From contig CAXXTB010000002.1 of assembly GCA_963676795.2 (NCBI GenBank), positions 2,208,001 through 2,272,000 on the forward strand: DNA of 64,000 bases, read 5' to 3'. Shown here in pieces: positions 7,901-19,372 of this stretch. A program made the position numbers and the translations under genes. The stretch comes from Geopsychrobacteraceae bacterium. Lineage in GTDB: Bacteria; Desulfobacterota; Desulfuromonadia; Desulfuromonadales; Geopsychrobacteraceae. Below the pieces are notes generated by a model. The model was not told the DNA's origin, ran no database searches, and was given only the letters and a program-made list of their open reading frames with translations. The first letter of the stretch is position 1. Each line of letters opens with the position of its first letter.

Positions 7901-10243
7901 ATGTTTAAACGTTTAAAGCTTGGAGTGAAAATCGGTGGCGGATTTGGCTTGTTGCTGATCATTGCAATCATCCTGGGCGGGCTGGCAATTTTCAATATGA
8001 GCCGGGTGGAAGAAAAATCGATCATGCTCGAGTCGGAATATGTGCCGGAGGTTGATATCGCCAACAAAGTCGAGCGAAGTTCGTTCCGCACCATGTACGC
8101 CATGCGTGCCTATGGTTTCACGGGTGAAAAACAGTATCTGGCGGATGCCAGAGAAAACATGAAGACCCTGCAAGAGCGGCTTGCCAGTGCGAAACAACTG
8201 GGAGACAGCGCTATACACCTCAAGGCCCTGCGCCCTGCGGTTGAAAAGGTTGAAGCAGCCGTCAGTCAATATCAGCAGGCGGTTGACAAGACCGTCGAAA
8301 TCAACGCCCTGATGGAACAGGAGCAGAGAGAACTCGATGCGGCCGCCGCTCAATACATGCGGAACTGCAACGACTATCTGGCCGGACAGAATGAAAAGAT
8401 GAGGTCGGAAATCAGCGCAGGACTGCCGGCAGAAAAACTGTATCGGAGACTCAGCAAGATTAACATCGTCAATGAGATCATCGATGTTGGTAACGCAACC
8501 CGAATCGCAGCTTGGAAATCCCAGGCTGAGAGAAATCCGGAACTGATCCGAAATGCCAACCAGAATTTCGACATCATGAAGGGCAAGTTTGACGAATTAC
8601 GCAAGATCACGACCCATGCTGATGACATGGAACGGATCGCGAACACTGAAAAAGCCGCCTTTGCATATAAAGATGCCATGAACTCCTACCTGGACTACTG
8701 GCTGCAAAATACGGATCTGGGCAAACAGAGAACGGTAATTGGTGATGTCGTCGTCGCCGAAGCCCGCAGCGTTGCCGGTGCCGGAATGGAAGGGACCATG
8801 CGCATCGCCGAGGAAGCCGTCGCGTCGCTGAGCTCTGCCAGCCAGACCATGATCGGCGGGCTGATTGTGGCTCTGCTGATCGGCCTGACCGCTGCCTACA
8901 CCATCACCCGCAGCATCACCAGACCACTGCACCGGGCATTCGCCGTCGTCGGCCAGTACGGCAAGGGCGACACCAGCGACCAGAACCTGCCGATGGGCGA
9001 AAAGGTCAACTGTTCCAGCCTCAACAACTGTGGTCAGAAAAACTGTCCGAGCTATGGCTGTGAAGGCCACTGCTGGGTCGAAACCGGCACCTTCGGTCCG
9101 AACCCGGTCTGTGTCAAGCTGACCAACGGCACCCACAGTGATTGCCGGCAGTGCAAGGTCTACCGGGCCAAGGATGAAATCACTGAACTGGGCTCAGTCC
9201 TGGTCGGTATGGCCAAGAGCCTGCAAGGACGCAGCGAACTGGCCGAAGCAATCGCACGCGGGGATCTGACCCACGATGTCCAGGTGGCCTCGTCAAGCGA
9301 TCAGCTTGGCAACGCCCTGAAGACGATGCTTGAAGGCTTAAGAGATATGGTCGGCAACATCCAGATTGCCGGTGAACAGATTGCGACGGGCTCGGGTCAG
9401 GTCTCGGATGCGTCACAGGCCCTGTCACAAGGGGCGACCGAATCGGCCAGCTCGCTGGAAGAAGTCACCGCCTCGATGAACCAGATGGCCAGCCAGGTCA
9501 GAACCAACGCGGAAAATGCCAGCACTGCCAACCAGCTGTCGAGTGAATCGAAGCTGGCTGCAGAAAAAGGCGACAAGCAGATGTCCGAAATGGTCCAGGC
9601 GATGGAAGAGATCAACCAGGCCGGCCAGAACATCAGCAAGATCATCAAGGTTATCGACGAGATCGCCTTCCAGACCAACCTGCTGGCGCTCAACGCTGCG
9701 GTTGAAGCCGCCCGTGCCGGACAGCACGGCAAAGGCTTTGCCGTTGTCGCCGAAGAGGTCCGCAACCTGGCGGCACGCAGTGCCAAGGCCGCCGAAGAGA
9801 CAGCCCAGCTGATCGAAGGCTCTGTCGCCCTGACCGACCGTGGTTCCCAGATGGCCCAGCAGACCGCAGTCGCCCTGAAGGAGATCATGCAGGGTACGAA
9901 CAAGGTGGCCGACCTGCTTGAAGAGATTGCCGCGGCATCAAACGACCAGGCCCACGGGATCAACCAGGTGACCACAGGTCTGTCCCAGATCGATCAGGTG
10001 ACCCAGCAGAACACCGCCAGCGCCGAAGAGAGTGCCGCAGCAGCCGAAGAGCTGTCAGGCCAGGCCCTGCAGATGCAGGAAATGCTCAAGCGTTTTGTGT
10101 TGAACCACAGGCACCAGGATCAGATCGGAGTGCGTGCTTCAGGAACGACCTACGATCAGGACTGGGGACAGGCACAACCCAAGATGAAACTGGCTATGAA
10201 ACAGCAGATTTCCCTTGACGACGATGAGTTCGGTAAGTTTTAA
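7901..10243 (+). CDS. Methyl-accepting chemotaxis protein with Cys-rich insertion in HAMP and a C-terminal pentapeptide
   Basis: Two TMs, helical periplasmic domain, [37 protein letters not shown] hairpin tip, ends in DDDEFGKF. Confidence 0.93.
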   Translation: MFKRLKLGVKIGGGFGLLLIIAIILGGLAIFNMSRVEEKSIMLESEYVPEVDIANKVERSSFRTMYAMRAYGFTGEKQYLADARENMKTLQERLASAKQLGDSAIHLKALRPAVEKVEAAVSQYQQAVDKTVEINALMEQEQRELDAAAAQYMRNCNDYLAGQNEKMRSEISAGLPAEKLYRRLSKINIVNEIIDVGNATRIAAWKSQAERNPELIRNANQNFDIMKGKFDELRKITTHADDMERIANTEKAAFAYKDAMNSYLDYWLQNTDLGKQRTVIGDVVVAEARSVAGAGMEGTMRIAEEAVASLSSASQTMIGGLIVALLIGLTAAYTITRSITRPLHRAFAVVGQYGKGDTSDQNLPMGEKVNCSSLNNCGQKNCPSYGCEGHCWVETGTFGPNPVCVKLTNGTHSDCRQCKVYRAKDEITELGSVLVGMAKSLQGRSELAEAIARGDLTHDVQVASSSDQLGNALKTMLEGLRDMVGNIQIAGEQIATGSGQVSDASQALSQGATESASSLEEVTASMNQMASQVRTNAENASTANQLSSESKLAAEKGDKQMSEMVQAMEEINQAGQNISKIIKVIDEIAFQTNLLALNAAVEAARAGQHGKGFAVVAEEVRNLAARSAKAAEETAQLIEGSVALTDRGSQMAQQTAVALKEIMQGTNKVADLLEEIAAASNDQAHGINQVTTGLSQIDQVTQQNTASAEESAAAAEELSGQALQMQEMLKRFVLNHRHQDQIGVRASGTTYDQDWGQAQPKMKLAMKQQISLDDDEFGKF

Positions 10244-10261
10244 CCCTTAAGTATGGAGGGC

Positions 10262-10296
10262 GGGCTGGCGGGCTCGTAGGCCGCCAGCCCCTATTT
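10262..10296 (+). terminator. Probable terminator/attenuator hairpin after MCP
   Basis: GGGCTGGCGG-N9-CCGCCAGCCC followed by CTATTT (weak U tract). Confidence 0.45.
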
Positions 10297-10310
10297 AAAA
10301 AGGATCACCT

Positions 10311-10841
10311 ATGCTTTACCGTCTTTGCAGCCATTGTCACGCAGAGATCGCTCCACCGCAGGAAACTCCCGAAGATAAGGAGCTGATCAGCCACGGAATC
10401 TGTCGAGCCTGCCTGGAAAAAATCATGGCCGGCAGTGGTCAACCGTTCAATGATTTTCTCGATTCGCTGCCGCAGCCTGTCTTTGTTGTCGATCAGCAGG
10501 CGTGCATCGTCGCGGCGAATCACGCCGGCAGAGAGGTTGTCGGCAAAAATGGCGTCGAGATCAACGGGCGCCTGGGGGGGGAAGTCTTTCAATGTGCAGA
10601 AGCCAGCAAGCCAGGCGGCTGCGGCAACCGACAGCTCTGCCGCAGTTGCGTGATCCGGAATTCGGTGATGAATACCTACAGGGATGGACTGCCAAGACGC
10701 AAGGTCCCCGCCTATCACGAACTCGACCTGATTACTGGCCCTCAGAACTTCAAGTTCCTCATCTCAACAGAAAAAATCGCCGACACGGTCTTTTTACGGA
10801 TCGATGACCTGGAACAGGTTGACGAACAGAATCAGAGCTGA
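10311..10841 (+). CDS. Small Cys-rich PAS-domain protein with N-terminal zinc-finger-like motif
   Basis: CSHC...HGICRAC N-terminus, PAS start FLDSLPQPVFVVDQQACIVAAN, internal C-x8-C-x5-C-x2-C. AAGGA RBS. Confidence 0.75.
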   Translation: MLYRLCSHCHAEIAPPQETPEDKELISHGICRACLEKIMAGSGQPFNDFLDSLPQPVFVVDQQACIVAANHAGREVVGKNGVEINGRLGGEVFQCAEASKPGGCGNRQLCRSCVIRNSVMNTYRDGLPRRKVPAYHELDLITGPQNFKFLISTEKIADTVFLRIDDLEQVDEQNQS

Positions 10842-11054
10842 TACAGCCAACCAAAGCTGATTCGGGGCCGGTGTACGGAACCCGCTTGAAACTTAATTCT
10901 GGCTTATACACTTCACTTATGTTCAAATTATTATATAGTTTTCCATATATTTATTCTGACGTGGCAACCAAGGCCGAATAAGCAGTAAACAGAGAAGCGC
11001 AATCAGTGTTTGATCTCTGATAACATGCCACACATTCACAAGGATTGCCCTGCG

Positions 11055-14000
11055 ATGAAAATTCGGACGATAAGCGTATTCTTTATCATTCTGGCCTGCG
11101 CCTGGACGGGACTGATCTATTACGTTTGTTCAAGCGAACAGGTCGCCGAGCGAAACTATGTGACACAACAGGCCATCGCAGAAGCAAGGGGGAGCTACAA
11201 TAAAGATCTTGTCTATCGCCGCTGGGTCACCGAGCACGGCGGTGTCTACGTCAAGCCGTCTGGCGACACGCCCCCCAACCCTTACCTGTCCCATATCCCC
11301 GACCGCGATGTAAAAACAACCGAGGGGCAGAACCTGACTCTCGTCAATCCGGCCTACATGACGCGTCAGGTCCATGAGATAGCTCCGGAACAATATGGGG
11401 CCAGAGGGCATATCACCAGCCTGAACGTCCTGAATCCCATAAATACCCCCGATTCCTGGGAGAAAGAGGCTCTTGTCAAGTTCCAACAGGGGCTTAGTGA
11501 AGCGGTTTCCGAAACAACGCTGGACGGTGAACCCTACTTGAGGTTCATGAAGCCGATGATCACCGAAGAGGGGTGTCTGAAATGCCATGGTCATCAGGGT
11601 TATAAAGTCGGCGATATCCGCGGCGGGATCAGTGTTTCGATTCCCATGCAAGACTACCTGGCCAGCTACGCTAGCTTCGTACGTGAGGATCTGGTCAATC
11701 GCGGCATCACGCTCTCGGTCGGACTTGCGCTGATTGCCTTATCTTACCTGTTCTTCATAAGACTAAAGGTGCGAGAAAATCGCTACCTGGCAGCCGTTGA
11801 GACCTCGGAGCAAAAATACCGGGAGATCTTTGATGAATCAACGATCGGAATCGGTCTGGCCGATCCGGTAACGGGGATACTCATCGACTGTAATAGAACC
11901 CTGCTCCAGATGATCGGTTGCCGCAGGGAGGACCTGATTGGCAAACCGCAGTGGATTCTGCATACGAAAGAAGCGCCGGAAGCACAGTTTTCAGAGACCT
12001 TCATCTCTCATCGCGATATCAATCCGAACGGCTACGAAGAAACCACCCTGCTGCACAAATCAGGAGAACTTATTCCTGTCGAAATCAAAGCGAAACCGGT
12101 TGAGCTGGATGGGAAATCGTTATTGCTTGGCTTCTTCAGAAATCTGTCGGAGCAGAAAAACGCCGAACGGGAACTAGCTGAAAACGAGCAAATGTTCCGC
12201 GCTGTCATCAATCACCAAAGCGATGCGATTTTTCTGTGTCCGATTGAAAACGGAACAATATTGCCGATTGTTGTCGTCAACGATATCGCCGTTGAGCGCT
12301 ATGGATACACAAGAGATGAATTCCTGCAACTGACGCCCGCTGAGTTCACGGAAAATAATCCCGATATCTGGAAACGGATCTCTAATGTTCCCAACGAGTC
12401 GGAACGGGTCTTTTTTAAGGCGCTTCACCGTAAGAAAGCGGGCGGGTCATTCCCGGTTGAATGCAGCAGTCGGATTCTGGATCTTCACAACAAAAAATAT
12501 CTGCTGACTGTCGTCCGGGACATTTCGGAACAGGTCGAACAGGACAAGGACCATCAGGAGTTACTGGCACGGCTGAAAAACCTGTCTCTCCAGATCCCCG
12601 GCATGATCTACGAATTCGAACGCGCAGCCGACGGACACTACTCAATCCCCTTTAGCAGTGCTTCCATTTACAAGCTCTTCGGACTGTACCCCGAGCAGGT
12701 GAAAGACAGTACTGAGCCACTGTTGGAGAAGATCTATCCCGAGGATCTGCCTGGAACAGTTCAGACGATCGAACTGTCGGCCGCTCAGCTGACACCATGG
12801 AGGCACGAATTCAGGATCGTGCCAAAAGACGGCAGTCCGATCTGGCTGGAAGGGCACAGCATCCCCCATGCGCATCCGGATGGCCGGATACTCTGGTATG
12901 GATTCGTCAGCGACATCACGCAGAGAAAACTGGATGAACAAAAATACCTGGAGCTGAACCAGCAGTTACAGCATCGCGAGAAAATTGAAACCATAGGACT
13001 GCTCACCAGTGGCATTGCCCACAATTTCAACAACAATCTCGCTGTCATCCTGGGCAATGCCGACCTTGCCAGGAGCAAGGCTCTGACCGCCGAAGAGAGA
13101 GAGGGCCTGCTGCAGAATATCCACACTGCGGCACGGCGGGCCAGTGACCTGGTCAGTCAGATCATGAAGTTCAGCAGAAAAAATGACCTGCAGGAGGACA
13201 TGATCCATTTACCGGACCTCTTACAGGAGATTCAACAGCTGCTGAAATCCACCATTCCGGCGTCTGTCTCCGTACAACTGAACCTTCCAGAAGGCAGCAA
13301 CGCCAAAGTCCTGAAAGCCAACGCGGGGAAGATCCAGGACATTATTTTGAATCTCTGCTCAAATGCTGTCTACGCCATGCAGGACCATGGCCAACTGGCC
13401 ATATCCCTCGATTATATCCATGGAGATTTGCTCGGTGAAGGCGCCGCCAAGGTTCCGAATGATCGATGTTATGCCTGCCTTAAAGTGGCGGACACAGGCT
13501 GCGGTATCCAGGAAGATCTGCTCGAGAAAATCTTCGAACCCTTCTTTACGACAAAGACCGCGGAAAACGGCACAGGTCTCGGGCTTTCAACAATTAAAAA
13601 CACGGTGGAACAGTACGGGGGGACCCTGCGGGTGGAAAGCCGGGTAGGAAGCGGCACGACGTTCAGGATATGCCTTCCGGTCATGTCTATCGATGCCATT
13701 CATTCCGCACCAATGGAGCACTTGTCAATCTCGGGAAACGAGCGAATCCTTTTCGTCGATGACGATCCGATGGTCGCCAAGGTCGGTGCGGATATGCTGA
13801 AGAACCTCGGCTACAGCGTTCAGAAGGTGGAGGACAGCCTCGACGCCTATGAAATCTTTACCAGGGATCCGGATTCCTTTGATTTGATCATCACGGATTA
13901 TATCATGCCTTCTATGACCGGCGTTGACCTCGCCATGAAGATCAAAGATGTTCGCCCTGAAGTTCCAATCTTGTTGGTTTCCGGTTACAGCGAAAAAATC

Positions 14001-14102
14001 AATAAGATGAATATAGAAAACTACAATATCAGCGAGTATTGCTATAAGCCATTCGACATTACAGAATTATCTATTGCGGTGAGAAATGCTCTGACAGGTT
14101 AG
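11055..14102 (+). CDS. Hybrid sensor histidine kinase: periplasmic c-type heme (DUF3365-like) domain, 3 PAS, HisKA, HATPase, REC
   Basis: CLKCH between two TMs, GIAHNFNN H-box, NLCSNA, DTGCGI, FEPFFTTK, GTGLGL, and REC with FVDDD / ITDYIMP / KPF. Start chosen at ATG 11055 after AAGGA. Confidence 0.92.
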   Translation: MKIRTISVFFIILACAWTGLIYYVCSSEQVAERNYVTQQAIAEARGSYNKDLVYRRWVTEHGGVYVKPSGDTPPNPYLSHIPDRDVKTTEGQNLTLVNPAYMTRQVHEIAPEQYGARGHITSLNVLNPINTPDSWEKEALVKFQQGLSEAVSETTLDGEPYLRFMKPMITEEGCLKCHGHQGYKVGDIRGGISVSIPMQDYLASYASFVREDLVNRGITLSVGLALIALSYLFFIRLKVRENRYLAAVETSEQKYREIFDESTIGIGLADPVTGILIDCNRTLLQMIGCRREDLIGKPQWILHTKEAPEAQFSETFISHRDINPNGYEETTLLHKSGELIPVEIKAKPVELDGKSLLLGFFRNLSEQKNAERELAENEQMFRAVINHQSDAIFLCPIENGTILPIVVVNDIAVERYGYTRDEFLQLTPAEFTENNPDIWKRISNVPNESERVFFKALHRKKAGGSFPVECSSRILDLHNKKYLLTVVRDISEQVEQDKDHQELLARLKNLSLQIPGMIYEFERAADGHYSIPFSSASIYKLFGLYPEQVKDSTEPLLEKIYPEDLPGTVQTIELSAAQLTPWRHEFRIVPKDGSPIWLEGHSIPHAHPDGRILWYGFVSDITQRKLDEQKYLELNQQLQHREKIETIGLLTSGIAHNFNNNLAVILGNADLARSKALTAEEREGLLQNIHTAARRASDLVSQIMKFSRKNDLQEDMIHLPDLLQEIQQLLKSTIPASVSVQLNLPEGSNAKVLKANAGKIQDIILNLCSNAVYAMQDHGQLAISLDYIHGDLLGEGAAKVPNDRCYACLKVADTGCGIQEDLLEKIFEPFFTTKTAENGTGLGLSTIKNTVEQYGGTLRVESRVGSGTTFRICLPVMSIDAIHSAPMEHLSISGNERILFVDDDPMVAKVGADMLKNLGYSVQKVEDSLDAYEIFTRDPDSFDLIITDYIMPSMTGVDLAMKIKDVRPEVPILLVSGYSEKINKMNIENYNISEYCYKPFDITELSIAVRNALTG

Positions 14103-14190
14103 TGTACCTCTGTTCGGAATCAACAGCATCCGGGGGAAAAGCCTTCCGCGGAGAACAGGAGGATAGACGCAGGCGCAAGATGAGCTAAAC

Positions 14191-14649
14191 TCATTCCGCC
14201 GATAGATTTTTCAGCCGTGCCTCGACAAAGAATTCGCCGTCATCAAGGTAAAAAGGGATGGTGACGGCATCAGCCTGGGCCACAAGGCTCGCGCCGCTGG
14301 CAATCCGGGGCAATGACAGGTGGATACGGGTCCCCTGGGGATCGAACGAGGCTTTGAGCTGCCCGGCGAGAATATTGGCCAACTCTCCAAGGGTGTCGCG
14401 CAGAGATTCCTCTTCCACCTCATCCTCTTCGATGAACAGAAAATCTGAGGTCACATGGGTTGCCGTGGTCGCATCCATCAGGATAGCCAGGTGCCCCTCA
14501 AACTGCCCGCTCAATTCGATCATGCCAACCAGAAACTCGTCGGAAAAGGAGACATCCCGCTGAAAAGGAAGCCCGGCGGAGACACTGATGGCGACACAAC
14601 TGGAGAAGATCTCTTCGGTTGCTTTGATAAGCAGCGGTTCTACTGTCAT
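14191..14649 (-). CDS. cheX: CheX-family chemotaxis phosphatase
   Basis: VGMIELSG, DTLGELANILAG (ExxN) and LSLPRI motifs. GGAGG RBS. Confidence 0.85.
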   Translation of the reverse strand: MTVEPLLIKATEEIFSSCVAISVSAGLPFQRDVSFSDEFLVGMIELSGQFEGHLAILMDATTATHVTSDFLFIEEDEVEEESLRDTLGELANILAGQLKASFDPQGTRIHLSLPRIASGASLVAQADAVTIPFYLDDGEFFVEARLKNLSAE

Positions 14650-14708
14650 ATCCCCCTCCTGCAGGTGAGCGGCCTGGAATCAGCCAACTTTCCACTTCAC
14701 GACCCCGG

Positions 14709-16865
14709 TCAGGACAGCATCCGTCGAGTTGCAGACGATTGACTGGCCAGCCGGAAGCGGCCCAGCAGATGCCTGAGCTGCGCGGCCTGACTCGACAATT
14801 CTTCAGCAACAGCCGCTGATTCCTCTGAGGTTGCGGTACTCTGCTGTACCCCGCTATCGATCTGACCGAGCCCCTCATTGACCTGGGAGATCCCTTGCGC
14901 CTGTTCCTGGCTTGACCTGGCGATGTCGGCGACCAGGGTTGCCGCCGTGTTGACGGCGGCGACGATTTCGTTGAGGGATTCAGAGGTTTTCTCCGCGATC
15001 TGGGTGCCATTCTCCCCTTTTTCAACGGAGCCCTGAATCAGTTCGGCCGTTTCTTCCGCAGCCTTGGCGCTGCGCGCGGCCAGGTTGCGGACCTCTTCGG
15101 CGACAACGGCAAAGCCTTTGCCATGCTGTCCGGCGCGCGCCGCTTCAACCGCGGCGTTCAAGGCCAGCAGGTTGGTCTGGAAGGCGATCTCGTCAATGAC
15201 CTTGATAATCCGGCTGATACTCTGACCGGCTTCGTTGATTTCTTTCATCGCCGAAACCATCGCGCCCATCCGCTCACTACCGACTGTCGCGACCCCCTTG
15301 GCCGTTTCAGCCAGGTTGCTCGCCTCGCTGGCGTTATGGGCACTCTGCTGGGTCTGAGCGCTGATCAGGTTCATGGTGCTGGTAATCTCCTGCAGAGAGG
15401 CCGCGGACTCGGTCGCCCCTTGCGACAGGGACTGTGCGGAATCCGAGACCTGAACGCTCCCTGCGTTGATCTGGTCGGCCGCGATCGACACCTCACTGAA
15501 AAATCCGTTGAGGTTGGCCACCATCTCCCTGAATGCCATGCCCATGGAGTCATGCTCCGAAACGGCCGCCACCTCAAGATCCAGGTTACCCTCGGCAATC
15601 TGGCTGGCCTCTTGTGCCTTGACGTTCAGGCTTTCGACCATGTAATTGACGGCCCCGGCCAGCTCTCCGACCTCATCGCGCCCCTGATAATTGACCTTTT
15701 CCCTGAGATCACCATCGGCAACCTTCTGAGCAACCGCAACCGCCATACGCAACGGGACAACGATCCTGCGGGTCGCAAGAAAAATCAGGCCACAGATGAT
15801 AATCAGCAGCATGATCGCGCCAACGGTGAATTGCCACTTGACTGTCGTGATCGTCTTTTCCCCTTCGTCGTTGATCCCCTGAATAATCGCCTTGATCTTG
15901 TCAAGATCATAGCTCAGGGCCATGACTCCGGCCACCTGGCCTGAGAAATCGGGAATCGGGAAGGTGGCGATAAACTGATTGGCGGTCATCTCTTCATGAT
16001 AGCCACGGCTCCCGGCGTCCAGCTGAGCAGCGGTGACCTCCGCATCAGTGATCTCGGCAGCGGTTGAAGAGACAAAGACGTATTTGTCATCCAGCACCGG
16101 GTTTTTGGCCGGATCCTGCAACCGGGTGGCGATCGGCAACAGATCGGCAAGCATATAAACGGCGATCTGATAGTTGTCACTGGTATGATTCGAGGTCAGA
16201 ACCTCGTCAAAAGAACCGAGCACCTCGACCGAACCGGCATGCTTGCCGTCCTTGCCGATCACTGGAGCCAGACCACGGATGGCAAAACCACCGCGTCCGA
16301 CCTCGATACCGCTGATCGGATGGTGGTCCCCCTGATTGATCTGCACAACCGTCTGCCGGAAGGACGACAGGTCATCGGAGATATCGACCTTCTTGCCATC
16401 ACGCATCGCCTGCCAGTCTGTTCTCCACAGGCGGGACAGGCTGCGTGAGCTGGGAACATGGAAGTGGATCTGGAAATCTTTCAGATCGGTCTGATCGGTC
16501 AGCCCCTTGATAAAAGGGGCCATGATCTTGCGCAGCTGCACCCTGGCCTGCTGCATACTGGCATCGTTTTCATCGTTGATGTTCCCGGACAGGGCTAATT
16601 CGTAGACATTCTGAATCTCAGGAACCTCGGTGAATACCGCAGCCTGGGCCAGGGCTGTCTTCCCGACCTGATCGATACTCGAATAAATCATTTTCTGGCG
16701 ATTTTTTGCCTGATCTGAGAGGTTCTGCAGCGTGTAGTCACTGAAGGCCCGCCCCTGGTCTTTAACTTCTCGCTGCAGCACCAAAGTGACGCTGGTCACG
16801 GCAAGCACAGCGGCGATAATAACGAGGACGAAAATAGGCAAGATCAATTTCGTGCTGATTTTCAT
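14709..16865 (-). CDS. Methyl-accepting chemotaxis protein with Cache-type periplasmic sensor and HAMP
   Basis: [24 protein letters not shown]ache-like motif, HAMP (GRDEVGELA), conserved hairpin tip. GGAGG RBS before ATG 16865. Confidence 0.92.
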   Translation of the reverse strand: MKISTKLILPIFVLVIIAAVLAVTSVTLVLQREVKDQGRAFSDYTLQNLSDQAKNRQKMIYSSIDQVGKTALAQAAVFTEVPEIQNVYELALSGNINDENDASMQQARVQLRKIMAPFIKGLTDQTDLKDFQIHFHVPSSRSLSRLWRTDWQAMRDGKKVDISDDLSSFRQTVVQINQGDHHPISGIEVGRGGFAIRGLAPVIGKDGKHAGSVEVLGSFDEVLTSNHTSDNYQIAVYMLADLLPIATRLQDPAKNPVLDDKYVFVSSTAAEITDAEVTAAQLDAGSRGYHEEMTANQFIATFPIPDFSGQVAGVMALSYDLDKIKAIIQGINDEGEKTITTVKWQFTVGAIMLLIIICGLIFLATRRIVVPLRMAVAVAQKVADGDLREKVNYQGRDEVGELAGAVNYMVESLNVKAQEASQIAEGNLDLEVAAVSEHDSMGMAFREMVANLNGFFSEVSIAADQINAGSVQVSDSAQSLSQGATESAASLQEITSTMNLISAQTQQSAHNASEASNLAETAKGVATVGSERMGAMVSAMKEINEAGQSISRIIKVIDEIAFQTNLLALNAAVEAARAGQHGKGFAVVAEEVRNLAARSAKAAEETAELIQGSVEKGENGTQIAEKTSESLNEIVAAVNTAATLVADIARSSQEQAQGISQVNEGLGQIDSGVQQSTATSEESAAVAEELSSQAAQLRHLLGRFRLASQSSATRRMLS

Positions 16866-16983
16866 TCGTACCTCCGGGAACCAAACAAAAACTCTGTTTA
16901 TGAAAAAAGTTTCCACAGGCAAACATCTAAAAAATGACATTAAAGAAAGTTTAGCATAGTTTTAAGGAGTTAGCCGGGCACCT

Positions 16984-17017
16984 AAAAAAAAGGGCGCTGT
17001 CTCGGCGCCCTTTTTTT
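16984..17017. terminator. Bidirectional-type intrinsic terminator downstream of aceA
   Basis: A8-GGGCGC-N7-GCGCCC-T7. Confidence 0.8.
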
Positions 17018-17094
17018 CATTCCGTACGGGCAGAAGCAGCTCAGGGTTGTTCCCGTTCTTATCCGCACATGAATCTCTGCCCTCTTTGTACAAC

Positions 17095-19344
17095 TCAACG
17101 TTTCGTGATCACCTTATTGAGTTTTGTCTCGTCCTTGACAATCTCCCTGATCCTGTCACCACAGACCTGAGCCACCATGATCTCGCCGACCTCTGTGCGG
17201 ACCTCCTCGTAGATCCCGAGCTTGTTCATCCCTTCGGCCTGGCGCTGACTGTCCTCGGTCGGGCTGACATAATGGACCGAAACAGCCTTGTAGCGGTAGA
17301 TCAGGAACATGGTTACCAGGGTCATCAACCGCTTGAGCCTGAATTCCTCGGTGAAATTGTTCTGATCGCGGATCGAGATCATGTTCCGCTCCTTGCGGTC
17401 CTGCAGGACGGCGAAGACGATGTTGGCCTTGACCTCATCACCGGCCATGACCTTGAGCTCCAGCAGCTCGGAACCGGCGATATGAGGTCTTAAGGCAACA
17501 CGCAGGGCGTAATCCAGTTGATAATGAGAGGTCCAGACCTGGAGCCATTCTTCGAGGCGCTTGGGTGGCACCTCGATCTCGATCAGGTGCTGGAACTGGG
17601 TCGAGCCCTTGCCCATCGCCTTGGTTGTCGCCGTGCCGCCGGTTACGCCCATCAGGGCCGCATCGGAGCGTGGGCCTCCGACGTAGGTCTGCGGCGTGTT
17701 ATACGGCGAGTTGACCAGGCGCAGCTTGCGCTGCAGACGGGCCAGGGCCAGCATGCCGTCTTCCTTGAGTGCCTGGGCGAACTCCTCACCAGCCATACCG
17801 TCCACCTGGTGACCACCGTAGGTGATGAAGTTGAAGACAAAACCGAGCTTGCCGATCTCGGCCGGGAATTTGCGCATCTCATCTTCACTCATGCCGGTAC
17901 TGTCCCAGTTAAAGGAGGGCGACAGGTTGTAGGCCAGCATCTTGTCCGAGTAGGCGGCATGAATGGCATCGGCAAAGATCTTGGCATCATGCAGGTCGGC
18001 CGTTTTGGTCTCCATCCAGATGACATCGGCATAGGGTGCAACCGCCAGCGACTTGGCAATGGCGTAGGGGATACCGCCCTGAATCTGGAAATAGCCCTCC
18101 GGGGTCTTGGCAATATCGCAGTTCCAGATGATATTGAAGCCCATGGAACGGGCTTTGTCCCGCGCCTCGTCAAATGACGCCGTAACGACAAATGCGTTCC
18201 ACTCGTCGATGGTCATCGGCAACTCGGCCCCCTCGTCGAGATGGAAGGCCATGACATCGGCAACCGCCTCGCCGTAGGTCTTCATATTCGCCTCCATCTG
18301 CCAGAAATCGAGCAGACGGGTCGCCGCCTTGTCGAGCGCAGCGTTGATAGCGATGGAGCTGCGGTTCGGCAGCTTTTCGATCAGCGCATCAATCTCCTTG
18401 CTCAGACCGCATCGGTCAAGCCACTGGTCGACCTCAGACCATACGTTATCGGAGATCCGGTACATCAGGTGACCGCTGATCTCGCTGACGCCCCTGGTGT
18501 AAAACGCCCGCATCATGCCGAGAAAAGCATTCTTGTAGCTCGGGATATGGGTCTGGGTTGCGCCGAGAATGAAGTTGTGATCGCGCTCGTCGTTACGCCC
18601 GTCGAGAAAGGTCGCAGATTCAGCGTCGGTCCGCGACACGATAATTCCGGGAACCTTCATCAGATCGAGCTGGAAGCGCGCCGCACAGAGGCGCTTGATC
18701 TGCTCGTCAACCGGGACCAGAACCTTCCCCCCCTGGTGGCCGCACTTCTTGACCCCCGGCTTCTGATCCTCGATATGATAGCCGGCAACCCCGACCTCGA
18801 CGAAACGCCGGATCAGGTTACGGACGTGGGCGTCGCCGCCATGCCCGGTATCTGCATCGGCAATGATAAAGGGGCGGTAATCGACCTCCGGAATTCGTTT
18901 GCGCTCATCGTCACTCATGCGCAGGCGCTGATAGAACTGATTACGGTCAGCAGCGATCAGCGCCCGGACGATCGGCGCCGCTTCGTCGGGAACCTGGCTC
19001 AAGGGGTAACTGGCCAGATCGGGGCCCGGATCTTCCTGCTTCGAACCCTTGGCCGAGGTCGCCCAGCCGCCAAGGTAGATCCCTTCAATCCCCATCCGCT
19101 TGATGGTGACCGCCTGTCCCGGTGAATAGGGACCGAAGGTGGTGATCGACTTTTTCTGGTCAAACAGTTCCCGCAGGCGTCGGTAAAAGGCCTCGGCGGC
19201 ATCCCGGGCGATGGTGTAGTCGACCGGGATCGTCCCCTGCTGCTCGACAACCTGTTCCGCGCTGTAATGCCGCGTAATCTCCTTGAAGCGCAGTTGCTCC
19301 ATCCACTCCTGCATCGCTTTAACATCTTCGTTAAATTTGCTCAT
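17095..19344 (-). CDS. aceA: Isocitrate lyase, long ICL2 type with C-terminal regulatory domain
   Basis: [26 protein letters not shown] catalytic loop, [14 protein letters not shown]. 749 aa with C-terminal RDQNNF...RLKRLMTL...VHYVSPT extension. Confidence 0.93.
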   Translation of the reverse strand: MSKFNEDVKAMQEWMEQLRFKEITRHYSAEQVVEQQGTIPVDYTIARDAAEAFYRRLRELFDQKKSITTFGPYSPGQAVTIKRMGIEGIYLGGWATSAKGSKQEDPGPDLASYPLSQVPDEAAPIVRALIAADRNQFYQRLRMSDDERKRIPEVDYRPFIIADADTGHGGDAHVRNLIRRFVEVGVAGYHIEDQKPGVKKCGHQGGKVLVPVDEQIKRLCAARFQLDLMKVPGIIVSRTDAESATFLDGRNDERDHNFILGATQTHIPSYKNAFLGMMRAFYTRGVSEISGHLMYRISDNVWSEVDQWLDRCGLSKEIDALIEKLPNRSSIAINAALDKAATRLLDFWQMEANMKTYGEAVADVMAFHLDEGAELPMTIDEWNAFVVTASFDEARDKARSMGFNIIWNCDIAKTPEGYFQIQGGIPYAIAKSLAVAPYADVIWMETKTADLHDAKIFADAIHAAYSDKMLAYNLSPSFNWDSTGMSEDEMRKFPAEIGKLGFVFNFITYGGHQVDGMAGEEFAQALKEDGMLALARLQRKLRLVNSPYNTPQTYVGGPRSDAALMGVTGGTATTKAMGKGSTQFQHLIEIEVPPKRLEEWLQVWTSHYQLDYALRVALRPHIAGSELLELKVMAGDEVKANIVFAVLQDRKERNMISIRDQNNFTEEFRLKRLMTLVTMFLIYRYKAVSVHYVSPTEDSQRQAEGMNKLGIYEEVRTEVGEIMVAQVCGDRIREIVKDETKLNKVITKR

Positions 19345-19372
19345 TCTTTCCTCCGGTCCCCCTGATGAGTGG

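Noticed and set aside
10326..10340. CxxCH (CSHCH) as a c-type heme site; likewise CPHCH in the PilZ protein
   Set aside because: Neither protein has a signal peptide or TM, and each motif pairs with a second CxxC, which fits a zinc ribbon better.
9640..15210. Inverted near-identity (including about 44 identical nt) between roughly 9640-9790 and 15060-15210 as an invertible segment
   Set aside because: Explained by the highly conserved hairpin tips of two oppositely oriented MCP genes. Synonymous differences flank the match and no recombinase is present.
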